DNA from: a virus
Taxonomy: Duplodnaviria > Caudoviricetes
IMG/VR virus record: IMGVR_UViG_3300037246_001058
Location: 2,020 to 66,019 of that record
DNA: 64,000 bases
Direction: 5' to 3' (one strand)
Shown: piece by piece, positions 37,437-47,494 of the stretch
How positions within the stretch are numbered: position 1 is the stretch's first letter
Layout: each line of letters starts with the position of its first letter
Made by a program: the position numbers and the translations under genes
The notes under the pieces: model-generated
Seen by the model: the letters and a program-made list of their open reading frames with translations, nothing else
What the model was told of the DNA's origin: nothing
Database searches by the model: none

Positions 37437-37683
37437 TGACGAGACTGACGCCGGGGAGCCCTATATAGAACCTTCTGAGGCTGCGGCCAAGCTGCTGGAG
37501 GGCTGCCCCCAGAACAGGATACAGCGCTTTATTGGGTTAGCCGAGCGAGTGCATTCAGGGCCACGGCCCAGAACTGCGGCCATCCGGTTGGCCTGTGTCC
37601 AGTGTACCAACTGGGACTCCCTGGAGGTGGGCAAGTGTGAGATCCAGAAGTGTGCCCTCTGGGAATTCAGGATGGGGCGCTGA
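37429..37683 (+). CDS. Small Cys-rich phage protein
   Basis: AAIRLACVQC...VGKC...CALWEFRMG. Confidence 0.6.
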   Translation: MTDDETDAGEPYIEPSEAAAKLLEGCPQNRIQRFIGLAERVHSGPRPRTAAIRLACVQCTNWDSLEVGKCEIQKCALWEFRMGR

Positions 37684-38057
37684 CATGATGCACCCCGACA
37701 TGGTGATGGACGTCTTTATAGCCCTGGGCTGCGACGGCGACACGATCTACCTCAAGGGTGAGCGGACCAGCATCCGGGACCTGTTCGAGAGAGAGATGAA
37801 CCCCGAAGGATCCCGCATCACCTACTGGGGGCGGTGCGGATACATCATTGAGAATGGTACCGTTCGTGGTATGATGAACGATCGAATCAAAGGAGCATGG
37901 AAGTGACACGAGAAGAAGAGATGGCTGAGGAGCGGAAGAAAGCATTGCCGCCGTACATCACACGTGAAGAGCGGACGATCGCCGCCCTTGAGCGCATAGC
38001 TGATGCCCTTGAGAAGATGGACTTTCGCGCATCGCACATGGGAAACGTGGGGTTCCG

Positions 38058-38393
38058 ATGAGAAACATCATCAAGTCACTAGGCTGGGGCTTCTTCATGG
38101 CTGCAACCATGCTGGGACTGGGCTGCTTCTTTGCGTTTGGCACAGTCTTCATCATAGACTTCATTGATACACATGGCTTCATCGGCTTCATCGGTGTATG
38201 CTTCGTTATCGTCGGGTCGGTCTTCTCGCTCATCACGTACAATGACTACCGCACCGAGGAGAGGGTGGCCAAGGAGCGTGCCGAGACTAAGCGGATCGAG
38301 GCCTCGCTCCATGCGGCGCACGTCGATCGGATGGCAGATGCGAACCGCATGTTTGGATCCATTACCCGCTTAGACACGACGGTGTTGCGATAA
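38058..38393 (+). CDS. Membrane protein
   Basis: Two TM segments followed by a charged tail. Confidence 0.55.
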   Translation: MRNIIKSLGWGFFMAATMLGLGCFFAFGTVFIIDFIDTHGFIGFIGVCFVIVGSVFSLITYNDYRTEERVAKERAETKRIEASLHAAHVDRMADANRMFGSITRLDTTVLR

Positions 38394-38695
38394 TGGCTGG
38401 CGTGCATGCGAAGATGGAACGCGACCGGTTGGTCGGGGATCTAGAGGACCTGACGCAAGAGGTCAACTCAGCCATGAGGCAGGCCGCCGTGTGGAAGGTG
38501 GAGCGTGACCAGGCGCTGGACCGCGTTGACCGGATGCAGGAGCACATTGAACGTCGCTACGAGCGCGATGAGCTACTGGACATTGTGTTGAGCAGGGCTG
38601 ACGAGATGTCGCACCTGTGCAAGCAAGTCGTGAGCGGCACGTGCTACGTTGCCGCGCAGTACGATAGGGTTCGCAAGGAGTACGACGCGCTATGA
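38393..38695 (+). CDS. Coiled-coil hypothetical protein
   Basis: TAATG-coupled. Confidence 0.5.
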   Translation: MAGVHAKMERDRLVGDLEDLTQEVNSAMRQAAVWKVERDQALDRVDRMQEHIERRYERDELLDIVLSRADEMSHLCKQVVSGTCYVAAQYDRVRKEYDAL

Positions 38696-38833
38696 TAGAG
38701 GGAATGCTAGAGGTGTGGCTGTCTAACCATGACACGCTGACGTACCTGCCCGAGCCCGGCTTCGTGGTGGGCTTGGCGATATGCGTTCTAGTTATTGGTG
38801 TAGCGTTTACCATCAGGGAAGAGGAAGAAGAGT

Positions 38834-39215
38834 AGTGGACGATCGAGAGAATGTATACGTTGCGGGGCCCATGCGTGGGTATCCGCAGTTCAACTTCCCA
38901 GCGTTCAACGCTGCCGCCCTAAGGCTAGAGTGTGCTGGACACACCGTGTTCAACCCCGCAGCGAGGGATAACCACAAGTACGGCATCGACTTCGCCGATG
39001 ACAACGACACTGGCTGCCTGAAGCAGGCCGAAGAGATGTTCGGGTTCAGCCTGCGTGAGGCCCTGGCCAATGACACGAAGTGGATCTGTGAGGAGGCGAC
39101 CGCCATCTATATGTTGAAAGGCTGGACGTCATCGTACGGGGCGGTGGCTGAGCATGCGCTGGCCGAGGCTCTTAGTCTTAAAATTTGGTACGGTAAGGGA
39201 GCAATGTTAGGATAA
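38834..39215 (+). CDS. DUF4406 / nucleoside 2-deoxyribosyltransferase-like protein
   Basis: VYVAGPMRGYP.FNFPAF...VFNPA...IYMLKGW..S.GA.AE. Confidence 0.85.
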
Positions 39216-39431
39216 TGTTTATATCAATCGTGGCCATCGCGCTATCGTTCTTTTGTATTGGCTTCTGGTGCGGTGGTGCTGGGCGGTGAGTTGGTCGGGT
39301 GTCGCAGCAATCTTCATCGCATGCGCTACCCTGTTCGGGTGCCTGGCGGTTGAGCCGGATGGTACGGTCGTTACGATAATTTTCATCGGCATCTACAAGC
39401 TTCTCTCGCCGATGGTGAAGGATATATGTAA

Positions 39432-39794
39432 ATGAGACTACTGATTTGCGGAGGCAGGGACCTCAAGCTGTGCACCGACGAGATCCAAGACGCTGTCTGG
39501 AAGCTACGCCACAAGGAAGACATCGTCCTGATACACGGGTGCGCTACTGGTGCTGACGATGCCGCGAGGCGCTGGGCTGAGGACCGGGAGTACGAGACGG
39601 ACGCCTACCCTGCCTGCTGGAAGCAGTACGGCAAGGCCGCTGGCCCGATCCGCAACACACAGATGCTGACTGAAGGCAAGCCCGATGTGGTAATCGCCTT
39701 CTGGGATTTGAAATCAAAGGGTACCAAGGACATGATCAACAAGTCACTGAAGGCAAACGTCTCGGTGCTGATCATGCCACAATGGGAGGGATGA
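39432..39794 (+). CDS. DUF2493 / YspA-like SLOG family protein
   Basis: ICGGR, IHG.A.GAD, W..YGKAAGPIRN.QML and SKGT.DM. Confidence 0.88.
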   Translation: MRLLICGGRDLKLCTDEIQDAVWKLRHKEDIVLIHGCATGADDAARRWAEDREYETDAYPACWKQYGKAAGPIRNTQMLTEGKPDVVIAFWDLKSKGTKDMINKSLKANVSVLIMPQWEG

Positions 39795-39797
39795 GAG

Positions 39798-40799
39798 GTG
39801 GGATACATTTCATACACTCACGTAGAGAGACTCGGGCATCCCAACGTGGATGGCCTGCTCATTGGCAAGTGCTACGTCTTCCCGAAGATCGACGGCACCA
39901 ACGCTGTCATCTGGACCGATGGCGGCACTGGCAAGATTGGCACCGGCAGCCGTAAGCGAGACATGTCTGACTACGAGACAGACGACAACCACGGGTTCCG
40001 GCATGCCATGGACTTTCGCTGGAATGCTGGTGAGATGGACTGGCTTGAGGGCACGTACGACGACGTGTACTGCCCCATCTTCTACGGAGAATGGCTGGTG
40101 CCGCACTCGCTGCGCACCTACCGTGACGATGCATGGCGCGAGCTGTACATCTTCGACGCACGCTGCCCCGAGACGTTCCGCTACTTGCACTACGACACCT
40201 GGGCCCCGCAGATACGTGCGATGGGGGCCAACGTCATCGAGCCACTGCAAATCATTCAGGATCCAACGGAGTCTGATATCAACCATGTGCGCGACCGGTC
40301 CAACACCTACCTGATCAAGGATGGCGAGGGACTTGGCGAGGGCGTGGTCGTCAAGAACTATGACTTCGTAAACAAGTTTGGCAAGACAGTGTGGGGCAAG
40401 GCGGTACGCAACGACTTCAAGGAAAAGAACCTGCGTGAGATGGGGAGCCCCGAACGCAACGGTACCAAGCAGTTCGAGAAGGAGATCGCCGAGATGTACG
40501 TGACCAAGGCATTCGTGGAGAAGAGTAGGACAGGCGTAGAGCACGCCATGATAAAGGAGATTAGTTACGAGGACGAGGCGACTTACGAGGACTGCATGTC
40601 TCTGGAAAACAGAAGGCTATTTCTCGAATCGAAGCGTGGCCGACTGATCCCTCGCCTGCTTCAGACGGTGTACCATGACCTGATCGACGAGGAGACTGCG
40701 AGCTTCGTGAAGAAATTCAAGGAGCCGACCATCAACTTCAAGGTGCTGAGGCAGTTCACCATTGCACAGGTGAAGCGGCATGCGGGGGACCTTTTCTAA
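39798..40799 (+). CDS. ATP-dependent RNA ligase (Rnl2-like)
   Basis: Nucleotidyltransferase motifs PKIDGTN, FYGEW, IFD, EGVVVK and WGK.V...FKE. Confidence 0.85.
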   Translation: MGYISYTHVERLGHPNVDGLLIGKCYVFPKIDGTNAVIWTDGGTGKIGTGSRKRDMSDYETDDNHGFRHAMDFRWNAGEMDWLEGTYDDVYCPIFYGEWLVPHSLRTYRDDAWRELYIFDARCPETFRYLHYDTWAPQIRAMGANVIEPLQIIQDPTESDINHVRDRSNTYLIKDGEGLGEGVVVKNYDFVNKFGKTVWGKAVRNDFKEKNLREMGSPERNGTKQFEKEIAEMYVTKAFVEKSRTGVEHAMIKEISYEDEATYEDCMSLENRRLFLESKRGRLIPRLLQTVYHDLIDEETASFVKKFKEPTINFKVLRQFTIAQVKRHAGDLF

Positions 40800-41427
40800 T
40801 GAGGTGGGGCAGGGGAAGCGACGAGATCATGGATACAAGGAAGCGATCCTTCATCGAGTGGACGCCAACATTCTTCCTGATCCCACACCGCACACTGGAT
40901 GCTGGCTGGGTGTGGCTTGAGAATGGCTACCGTCGGCGAGTTAACGGGTGGGTTGAGGACTGGTGGCAGTATTTGTATGATCACGATTACAACAAGGAGG
41001 ACTCATCCAGTGGATGACTACAGGGACATGGATAATGCCGAAGAGGTGGCGTTGCGCTTCGAGCTGACCGGCGCACTGCGCAAGGTCACTCAGCTGGAAG
41101 GTCTGATTGTGTGGGCTGATCGGATGGCGCGTGAGACGCGCGAGCTTGGTCGCACCAAGGGGAACAACAACGCCTTGAATCTTGCTGCCAAAGGCTACAA
41201 GGATGCGCGCGACAAGCTGGGCGGGGGACTCTAATGAAGTGTGACCACTTGGACTTCTGCTCGCACTGCAAGCATCAGCGGGACGTGGAAGAGCAGGCTC
41301 TGTGGAAGCGCATCAGTGAGCTATCTCATGAGCTTGAGACAGTTAGCCGGGCGCTGGTTCACTCTGACCAGATGGCAGTGCGTGAGCACCAAGAGCTGGG
41401 CTCACTTCGGCGCCAGATCGAGGACCT

Positions 41428-44400
41428 CTAGCCCTGGGCCTTCCGCTCGTACATCCTCTCTTCAATCTTCCTGGCGCGCAGTAGGACCCTGCGCTCCTGC
41501 TCCTCGATGCGATCCAGCCCCTTCCGCTGTTGATCCCGAGACATCTTGCCTCCCACGTTGAGGCGAATCGCTTCCTTCCGCTTCCGAAACTTGGTCATCT
41601 GCTTCTTGATGGGCTTCATCTGATTCGCTGCGACTAGCTCCGCGCGATTGTCCTTGCGGATCTGCATCCTGTCCTGCGGGGTACGCGCCGCGTTCAGCAT
41701 CGTTGGCGCACGGAACAGCATGTCACTGAACTCATAGTAGTCTGACATAAGTCCCTGGTTGCCAGCGTCAACGTGGAGACGGTTGATGATCGGGAGCTTG
41801 ATGACCTCCCCCGGGGGGCGCACGATGCCCACTCCACCGAACCTTAGCACGGTGTCGAACAGGCCCCAAAGCCCAGCACCTAGGCCACCGGTCATGGTGC
41901 CTACTATCTGGTCGATATTCTGCGGGCTGACGTCCATGGTCGGGCCAGTGACCTTGCCAATGAGCTTGGCCTGCTCAGTGGTGCGTGACGTGTGCTTGTC
42001 CGCTGCGTCGAGCCCCTCCTGATGCCGCTTGTTGATGGCTCCGCCACCGAACAGCTTCTGGTTCGCAGCTATCTCGTAGAAGGGCTTCATGATCTGGGGC
42101 ATGCGCTGCCCGTCGCCAAGCCACCCGTCGTACGTCGGCTTCATGGTCCGCTCAAGCTCACGCCCAGCCTTGAGCGTGTCGCCTCTCGCCACCTGCACGA
42201 TGTTCCGTGCGATCTGCTGCGGTAGCTGCTTCAATAGCCAGCCAACACCATGGGGTGCGGGGATGGTGATGTACCCGCCCATGCCATCGGGAAGGATGTA
42301 GTTGTTGTCCTTCTTGTACTGGCTCAGCGTCTCGTAATCTTCATCGTCCATGAGCATCGTCTCAAGCAGGGCGCCCGCCACCATCAGGAAGGCAGCTCTC
42401 CGCCACACGTTCTTGTAGAACGCTGCGTCCGTGGCTGAGCTGTCGAGTGTGGTCTGTCGGATGCCTGTCATGGAGCGGTACAGTACGTCAGTACCCTGGA
42501 TGAAGGCATTGAAGAAGGGTACCATGGCAGTGTACATACTGAGGTACTGGTTCTTGCCCTTAGTAGAGAAGTTCAGCACTTCCTTGGCCTGGTGGATGGC
42601 CCGGTTGTTGGCGATGATGTCCACGTCCTCGGGTCGATACTTCCCGGAGGCGTTGAGCTTGTCCGTCTCGATCTTGAGCGTGTGCTCGTACACTATCTCA
42701 CGAGTGGATGACTCAGAGAAGGCCGAGAATCTTCCCGCCGCTTCCCATGTCCTCTTCAGCCTGTTGTCGCGCTTGTCAGCAATCTTCCGTCCGGCTAGTG
42801 CTGCGATCTGCTTGGCTCCTCGTGCCGAGCTGACGTCATCAACGCCCTGGACTGCGCCATGATCGCGTAGCATAGTGCCGGAGGGGGTGAGCTTGGTACG
42901 CTTGCCGGTGCCCTTCAGTGCCCCGCGCTGCTGCTGGTCGATCGCGAAGTTGCTGAACGACCGGCCGAACGCCCGCATGATGATAGGGATGGGTCCGAAG
43001 ATGGCCGGATCACCCTTCATGGCACCGTACTTCAGCCACGCTGCGGTTGCATCACGGACAAGGTTGGGCACGATGAAGCTTGGGTCACGGGTGACCGTCT
43101 CGCGGAGGAGCTGAGTCGGGAGCTGGGTCATCCACTTGAGGTACTTGTCGTTCCGCATAGTTTCACCGATGCTCTGGCCCCACTCGCCTTCGAGTGCGCT
43201 GAACATAAGGTCATCGTCGAGTATGTAGTACTCGTCCACGCCCTTTACCCTGATCTTCGTTACAGCACGCACGCCCTGGGCGAGGGCGGTGGCCTTGTCC
43301 TTGACACGGCGGGCTGCCTTGAGTGCGACTTCGTTGCGCACGGCACGTGTGCGTGCCACGTTGGTCATGCCTGAGGTGATGGCCCCGACGTAGTTGGACA
43401 CGGCGGCCTCGATGGGATCAACCTTCTCTTGGTTGCCGGAGCTTTCGTTCTCTGAGGACCATCCACGGAACCGCTTGTGCGGGCCCTTGTACGTTATGTC
43501 GCCCAGTAGGGAGCCCTGAATACCAGCCTGTTCACGCTGCCGTGCCATCTGCTCGCTGTAGTTGGTGTCTCCCTCGAAGTCACGATAGAACTCGATATAG
43601 TCACTGTTCTCCAGCCACAGTGACGCCTCTTCCTGGCTGAGGACACCCGTTGCGACAAGGAACTCGACCGTCTTCTCGTTGAGCTGATTGAGGTTGTGTA
43701 CAGCCACTGCGATGCGTGCGCCTCGGTCACCATCGTTGAGGATCTGCATCCATTCCATCTCTTCCTCTTGGGTGTGAGGTACGATCGGTGGCTTGCCGTC
43801 GAGGATGGCTCTTTGCCTGAGGTTGTGGGAGCGCAGCCCTGAACGGTAGTTGTTGAGGAGCCGGTTTTCCTCTACGGTCAGTGCTGTGCGGGCGAGGAGC
43901 ATGCCGCCTGTCATGCCGGACACGTCCTCCTTGTACACTTCCGAGCTGAACATCTTCTGCTCGATCTTGCCAGTGGCAGGGTTGTATACGGACATCTCCG
44001 TGGTATCATTCGTGAAGTCAAACTCCTTGGCTTCATAGATGAGGGCGCCCTCGTGCTCACCCTGTGCGTTGGTGATCGCAGTGGCCTGAATGTAGCCGGA
44101 CACGAGCGATTCACTCACCATGTCAGCGGCGCGAGCGTATGCACGCATGGCAGCGATTGCGGACATTTCGTCCTCGATGATGTTGCCGTCCTGATCCATC
44201 AACTGACCCTCTCGGGTGACGATGCGATCGAACTTGTCCACTACGTTGATACGGAAGCGTTGGAAGACATTCTCTGCGTCGAAGAAGCGATCGACTGCCT
44301 TGCTGAACTTGGCGAACAGCCCTCCCTTCGGTGGTCCCTCGTGCAGGCGTGCAGCGTTGCGCTCAACGGGTGACAGCTCGTCGATGGACAGGGCCACGCG

Positions 44401-47400
44401 CTCCGCCAGGCTGAGACGCTCTGCCTTGTCCGGGTTTTCGGATACGCGCACGCTCTCGGCCGTGACGCCAGGCCCACGCTTCTCGGGCAGGTTGTTCAGG
44501 GGGCCTACATCCTCTACTTCCTCTACAAAATTCTTGGTAGAGTCGAAGTGGTTGATGAGGTGGAACTCGGGGCCGTCGGGGCCGTCGTCAATGTAGTCGA
44601 ATACGAAGGTTTGGGCCGTATCGCCCTTGCCGTTGGTGATGATGACGCGACCGGCACGCTCGACGTGCAGCGTGAGGGGTGAATCCTTGCCGAACTGGTC
44701 CTGTACGTACTTGCCCTGGACCTGCTTGCCAGTGATGCCGTCCCGGATCATCTTGGGGTTGAGCCCTGTGATGATCTCCATCAGGTTGTTGAGATGCTTG
44801 CGCCATTGGGGGCTGTTTGCGTCCATGCGCTCGCCGCCGAACCCGCGCTGTGTCTCGGTATCCCACACGCCACGCTTGATGACGACACGGGTGCTCCTGC
44901 CAAGCTCTCCATGCTGATTGGAGGGGATGTACCAGATGCCCTCTTGGTCGTACTGGGTGAGTGTGTCGCGAGCCGGGGAATCCTTGGGCAAAGCGAGCTT
45001 CAGCCGGTCAATGACCCTGGCCTCAGCATAGGGGCTGACCTTCGCGATCTCAACCGCTGCGTCCTGGCTCTCTTGGAGGCGAATCTGTGCTTCGCGAGGG
45101 ATCTGTGCGTTGGTGCCGGACACCACGTCCTCACCCTGCTGCCCGAGGTACTGCTCCCTCGTCTCCTGATTCAATCTGGACAGTTCTAGCGCTCTCTCCT
45201 CTGCTTGCGCGCGTGAGTCGGGGTCGAGGCTTGCGACGAAGTCCACGTTCATGCTGCGGAGCTTCTTTGGGTCACCACCCTCAATGTCAGAGAACTCCGT
45301 CTCCCGAACCGGGAAGCCCTTCTCTCGGATGGGCTTAGTGAGGCTGGCCGGGTCCTCTTGTGCTGCCTTTACTGCGGCAGCGTCCTTCTGTGTGTTTTCG
45401 ACTGCGACGACCTTGCCCGCCTTGTCCCGAACGATCCACTTTGACACCGGATTCTCGGATACGCCGAACTCCCGCCGTGTGGTGAGCACGTCTGGTACGT
45501 CAGCGTACAGATACTTGCCCTTTTCCTTCTTCAGGATGCCACGCGCCATGAGGTTGTCGCGGATCTGTTTGTACACTGAGCCAGGGATCTCTCCAGTGGC
45601 CTCGCGGAGCACCTCAAGAGAGGGAAACTCCCCGACGATCTCAATGCTGTTGCCCCTGGCATCCTCGGCAACCCGCACGCTACTGGCAGACAGGTCTATG
45701 GCCACCTTGGCGACCTCGCGCAGCTCGTTGCTGGCCAGCTCGCGCATCGCGTCCAGCTCCACGCGGAAGGCTTGCTTCTTTGCTGCGTTCTTGCGGGTTG
45801 AGGTGGGCTGCGTGTCAACGAGGATCATGGTGCGGTCAACCATGCGCTTGATGATGGCGTCGGCACGTAGGCTGATGTGGTCAGCATGGCCAAAGATCGA
45901 CTCTTCGTCCTTGATGATCGTCATGACCCTGCGCTTGAGCTGCGCGGCAGTGAGTGAGGCTATCTTCGCCTTGGCCAGCTCCTGCTCCAGTCGCTCTGCG
46001 ACCTCGTAGGCCTCCCCGGTGCTGGTCATCGGGAGGGTGGTGTTCTGTCCGTCAGTGTCAATGGAGGATATGCGCTGATACAGCTTCTCCATGTCCTGTG
46101 GCGTGGCCGCCTTGATGTTCGAGAGTCCGACTGTGTCCTTGACCAGCTTGTCGAAGGCGATCTTGGACTCCGGCGTGCTGTCGATGTCAATACCACGTGC
46201 CTGCGCAACAAGCTTGACGTCGGTCAGCGTGCGCTCCTGGCCAGTGATGCCCGAAACCTCTGCTTTTGCCCTCTCATCCTCCTCAAGGATAGCAAGAGCT
46301 TCCTCGTCCTTGGATTCCTTGGTCAGCTCCTCTTGGATGAGCCTGGTTTGGGTCTGCTCTTCCACTTCCTTGCGCTGCGTGTTGGCGTTTTCACGCTCGA
46401 CCGACAGGCGCTTGGACTCGGCCACGTATTCCTTGTGATCCGCCACCTTCTTGTTGGCTGCCACGTCACGCGCATTCTGTGTGTAGCTCGTGCCTCCGGC
46501 ATACCCTGAGAAGGGCAGTGATCCAGCGAGTGTGGCTGCAATAACCTCCATGTACTCGTGCATGGCTGCTGCGTCGGTGGCGCTGACGGGGAGCCCGGCC
46601 GCTGCCCGCTCCATAATCTGCTGCCCAAGCTCGGTGCCTGTCTCTGTGGCCAGGGACTTGCCAGCTGCTGCCGCACCTGCTCCCATGCTCTTTTGCCATG
46701 CCTGCTTGACGATGCCAGCCTTGGCTCTGATGGCTGCCTGCACTGATGCGTTGCCAGCCTTGCCACCGATGCCGAACGCACGCATACCGATCTTCTCGGA
46801 CGCTGTCTGGCCAGCCGCTGCTGCGACGGACTCATAGAGGCGAACGTCTTCGACGTCGAGGATGCCTGCATCGTGTCCGCGCGCAAGGTTGTCAGCCAGG
46901 AACTGGGTGAACATCAAGGCGCCAGTGGCAGATCCTGCGATTAGGCCCGCAAGCGCCGCAGTCGGTGCGGCGATTAGGCCCGCGCTCACGCCTGCACCAG
47001 CGATGACGGCAGTGCCTACGACGGGGCCCCACGTGAGGGTGGTTCCGCCCAGCGTGGAGCCGATGCTGTTGGCTACGAAGTCGCCAGTCTCACTGACGCC
47101 GTGACCCACGCCCTCTGACCAGGCTTCCTTGACGGAATCCAGCGTTGGTGCATCCGGGTTGGTTGCGACACTCTTGCGTCCCAGCTCATCGAAGTCTTCC
47201 TTCGTCTGATCGTATAGCTCTTGGTTATCAGTGAGGTGGGCGGTGGCAATGTCGATGCCGGGCGCAAGTTTGGCCGTGGACTGGTCGAAGCCAGACTCAT
47301 AGGCCTGCCCGAGGCGCCCAAAGAAGCCAGGCTCATCGGACTCATTCTCTTCCGGCTTGACGTACGCCATGCTGTCGGCGTGCTCGGCGTTCAGAAACTT

Positions 47401-47484
47401 TAATACGTCCTCATCAGAGGTGCCCTTATTAAAGCTTACCTTCTTGCCATCGGGGAGGGTATACGTGTCGTGCAGTTCACCCAT
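41428..47484 (-). CDS. Very large internal virion/ejection protein (LPD38-like C-terminus)
   Basis: 2018 aa, last gene of the structural operon; PFFNAFIQG.D.LYR and IPAP.G.G C-terminal motifs. Confidence 0.7.
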   Translation of the reverse strand: MGELHDTYTLPDGKKVSFNKGTSDEDVLKFLNAEHADSMAYVKPEENESDEPGFFGRLGQAYESGFDQSTAKLAPGIDIATAHLTDNQELYDQTKEDFDELGRKSVATNPDAPTLDSVKEAWSEGVGHGVSETGDFVANSIGSTLGGTTLTWGPVVGTAVIAGAGVSAGLIAAPTAALAGLIAGSATGALMFTQFLADNLARGHDAGILDVEDVRLYESVAAAAGQTASEKIGMRAFGIGGKAGNASVQAAIRAKAGIVKQAWQKSMGAGAAAAGKSLATETGTELGQQIMERAAAGLPVSATDAAAMHEYMEVIAATLAGSLPFSGYAGGTSYTQNARDVAANKKVADHKEYVAESKRLSVERENANTQRKEVEEQTQTRLIQEELTKESKDEEALAILEEDERAKAEVSGITGQERTLTDVKLVAQARGIDIDSTPESKIAFDKLVKDTVGLSNIKAATPQDMEKLYQRISSIDTDGQNTTLPMTSTGEAYEVAERLEQELAKAKIASLTAAQLKRRVMTIIKDEESIFGHADHISLRADAIIKRMVDRTMILVDTQPTSTRKNAAKKQAFRVELDAMRELASNELREVAKVAIDLSASSVRVAEDARGNSIEIVGEFPSLEVLREATGEIPGSVYKQIRDNLMARGILKKEKGKYLYADVPDVLTTRREFGVSENPVSKWIVRDKAGKVVAVENTQKDAAAVKAAQEDPASLTKPIREKGFPVRETEFSDIEGGDPKKLRSMNVDFVASLDPDSRAQAEERALELSRLNQETREQYLGQQGEDVVSGTNAQIPREAQIRLQESQDAAVEIAKVSPYAEARVIDRLKLALPKDSPARDTLTQYDQEGIWYIPSNQHGELGRSTRVVIKRGVWDTETQRGFGGERMDANSPQWRKHLNNLMEIITGLNPKMIRDGITGKQVQGKYVQDQFGKDSPLTLHVERAGRVIITNGKGDTAQTFVFDYIDDGPDGPEFHLINHFDSTKNFVEEVEDVGPLNNLPEKRGPGVTAESVRVSENPDKAERLSLAERVALSIDELSPVERNAARLHEGPPKGGLFAKFSKAVDRFFDAENVFQRFRINVVDKFDRIVTREGQLMDQDGNIIEDEMSAIAAMRAYARAADMVSESLVSGYIQATAITNAQGEHEGALIYEAKEFDFTNDTTEMSVYNPATGKIEQKMFSSEVYKEDVSGMTGGMLLARTALTVEENRLLNNYRSGLRSHNLRQRAILDGKPPIVPHTQEEEMEWMQILNDGDRGARIAVAVHNLNQLNEKTVEFLVATGVLSQEEASLWLENSDYIEFYRDFEGDTNYSEQMARQREQAGIQGSLLGDITYKGPHKRFRGWSSENESSGNQEKVDPIEAAVSNYVGAITSGMTNVARTRAVRNEVALKAARRVKDKATALAQGVRAVTKIRVKGVDEYYILDDDLMFSALEGEWGQSIGETMRNDKYLKWMTQLPTQLLRETVTRDPSFIVPNLVRDATAAWLKYGAMKGDPAIFGPIPIIMRAFGRSFSNFAIDQQQRGALKGTGKRTKLTPSGTMLRDHGAVQGVDDVSSARGAKQIAALAGRKIADKRDNRLKRTWEAAGRFSAFSESSTREIVYEHTLKIETDKLNASGKYRPEDVDIIANNRAIHQAKEVLNFSTKGKNQYLSMYTAMVPFFNAFIQGTDVLYRSMTGIRQTTLDSSATDAAFYKNVWRRAAFLMVAGALLETMLMDDEDYETLSQYKKDNNYILPDGMGGYITIPAPHGVGWLLKQLPQQIARNIVQVARGDTLKAGRELERTMKPTYDGWLGDGQRMPQIMKPFYEIAANQKLFGGGAINKRHQEGLDAADKHTSRTTEQAKLIGKVTGPTMDVSPQNIDQIVGTMTGGLGAGLWGLFDTVLRFGGVGIVRPPGEVIKLPIINRLHVDAGNQGLMSDYYEFSDMLFRAPTMLNAARTPQDRMQIRKDNRAELVAANQMKPIKKQMTKFRKRKEAIRLNVGGKMSRDQQRKGLDRIEEQERRVLLRARKIEERMYERKAQG

Positions 47485-47494
47485 CTATGGTGCC

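Noticed and set aside
38437-38451. Possible extra palindrome copy GGATCTAGAGGACCT
   Set aside because: Breaks the consensus at two core positions, lies mid-gene and is far from the other copies.
43560-43600. DFEGD in the 2018-aa protein as an RNA polymerase DxDGD motif (N4/crAss-like virion RNAP reading hairpin promoters)
   Set aside because: The central Asp is Glu, the context (YIEFYR) fits the non-polymerase region of such large virion proteins, and no other RNAP motifs were seen.
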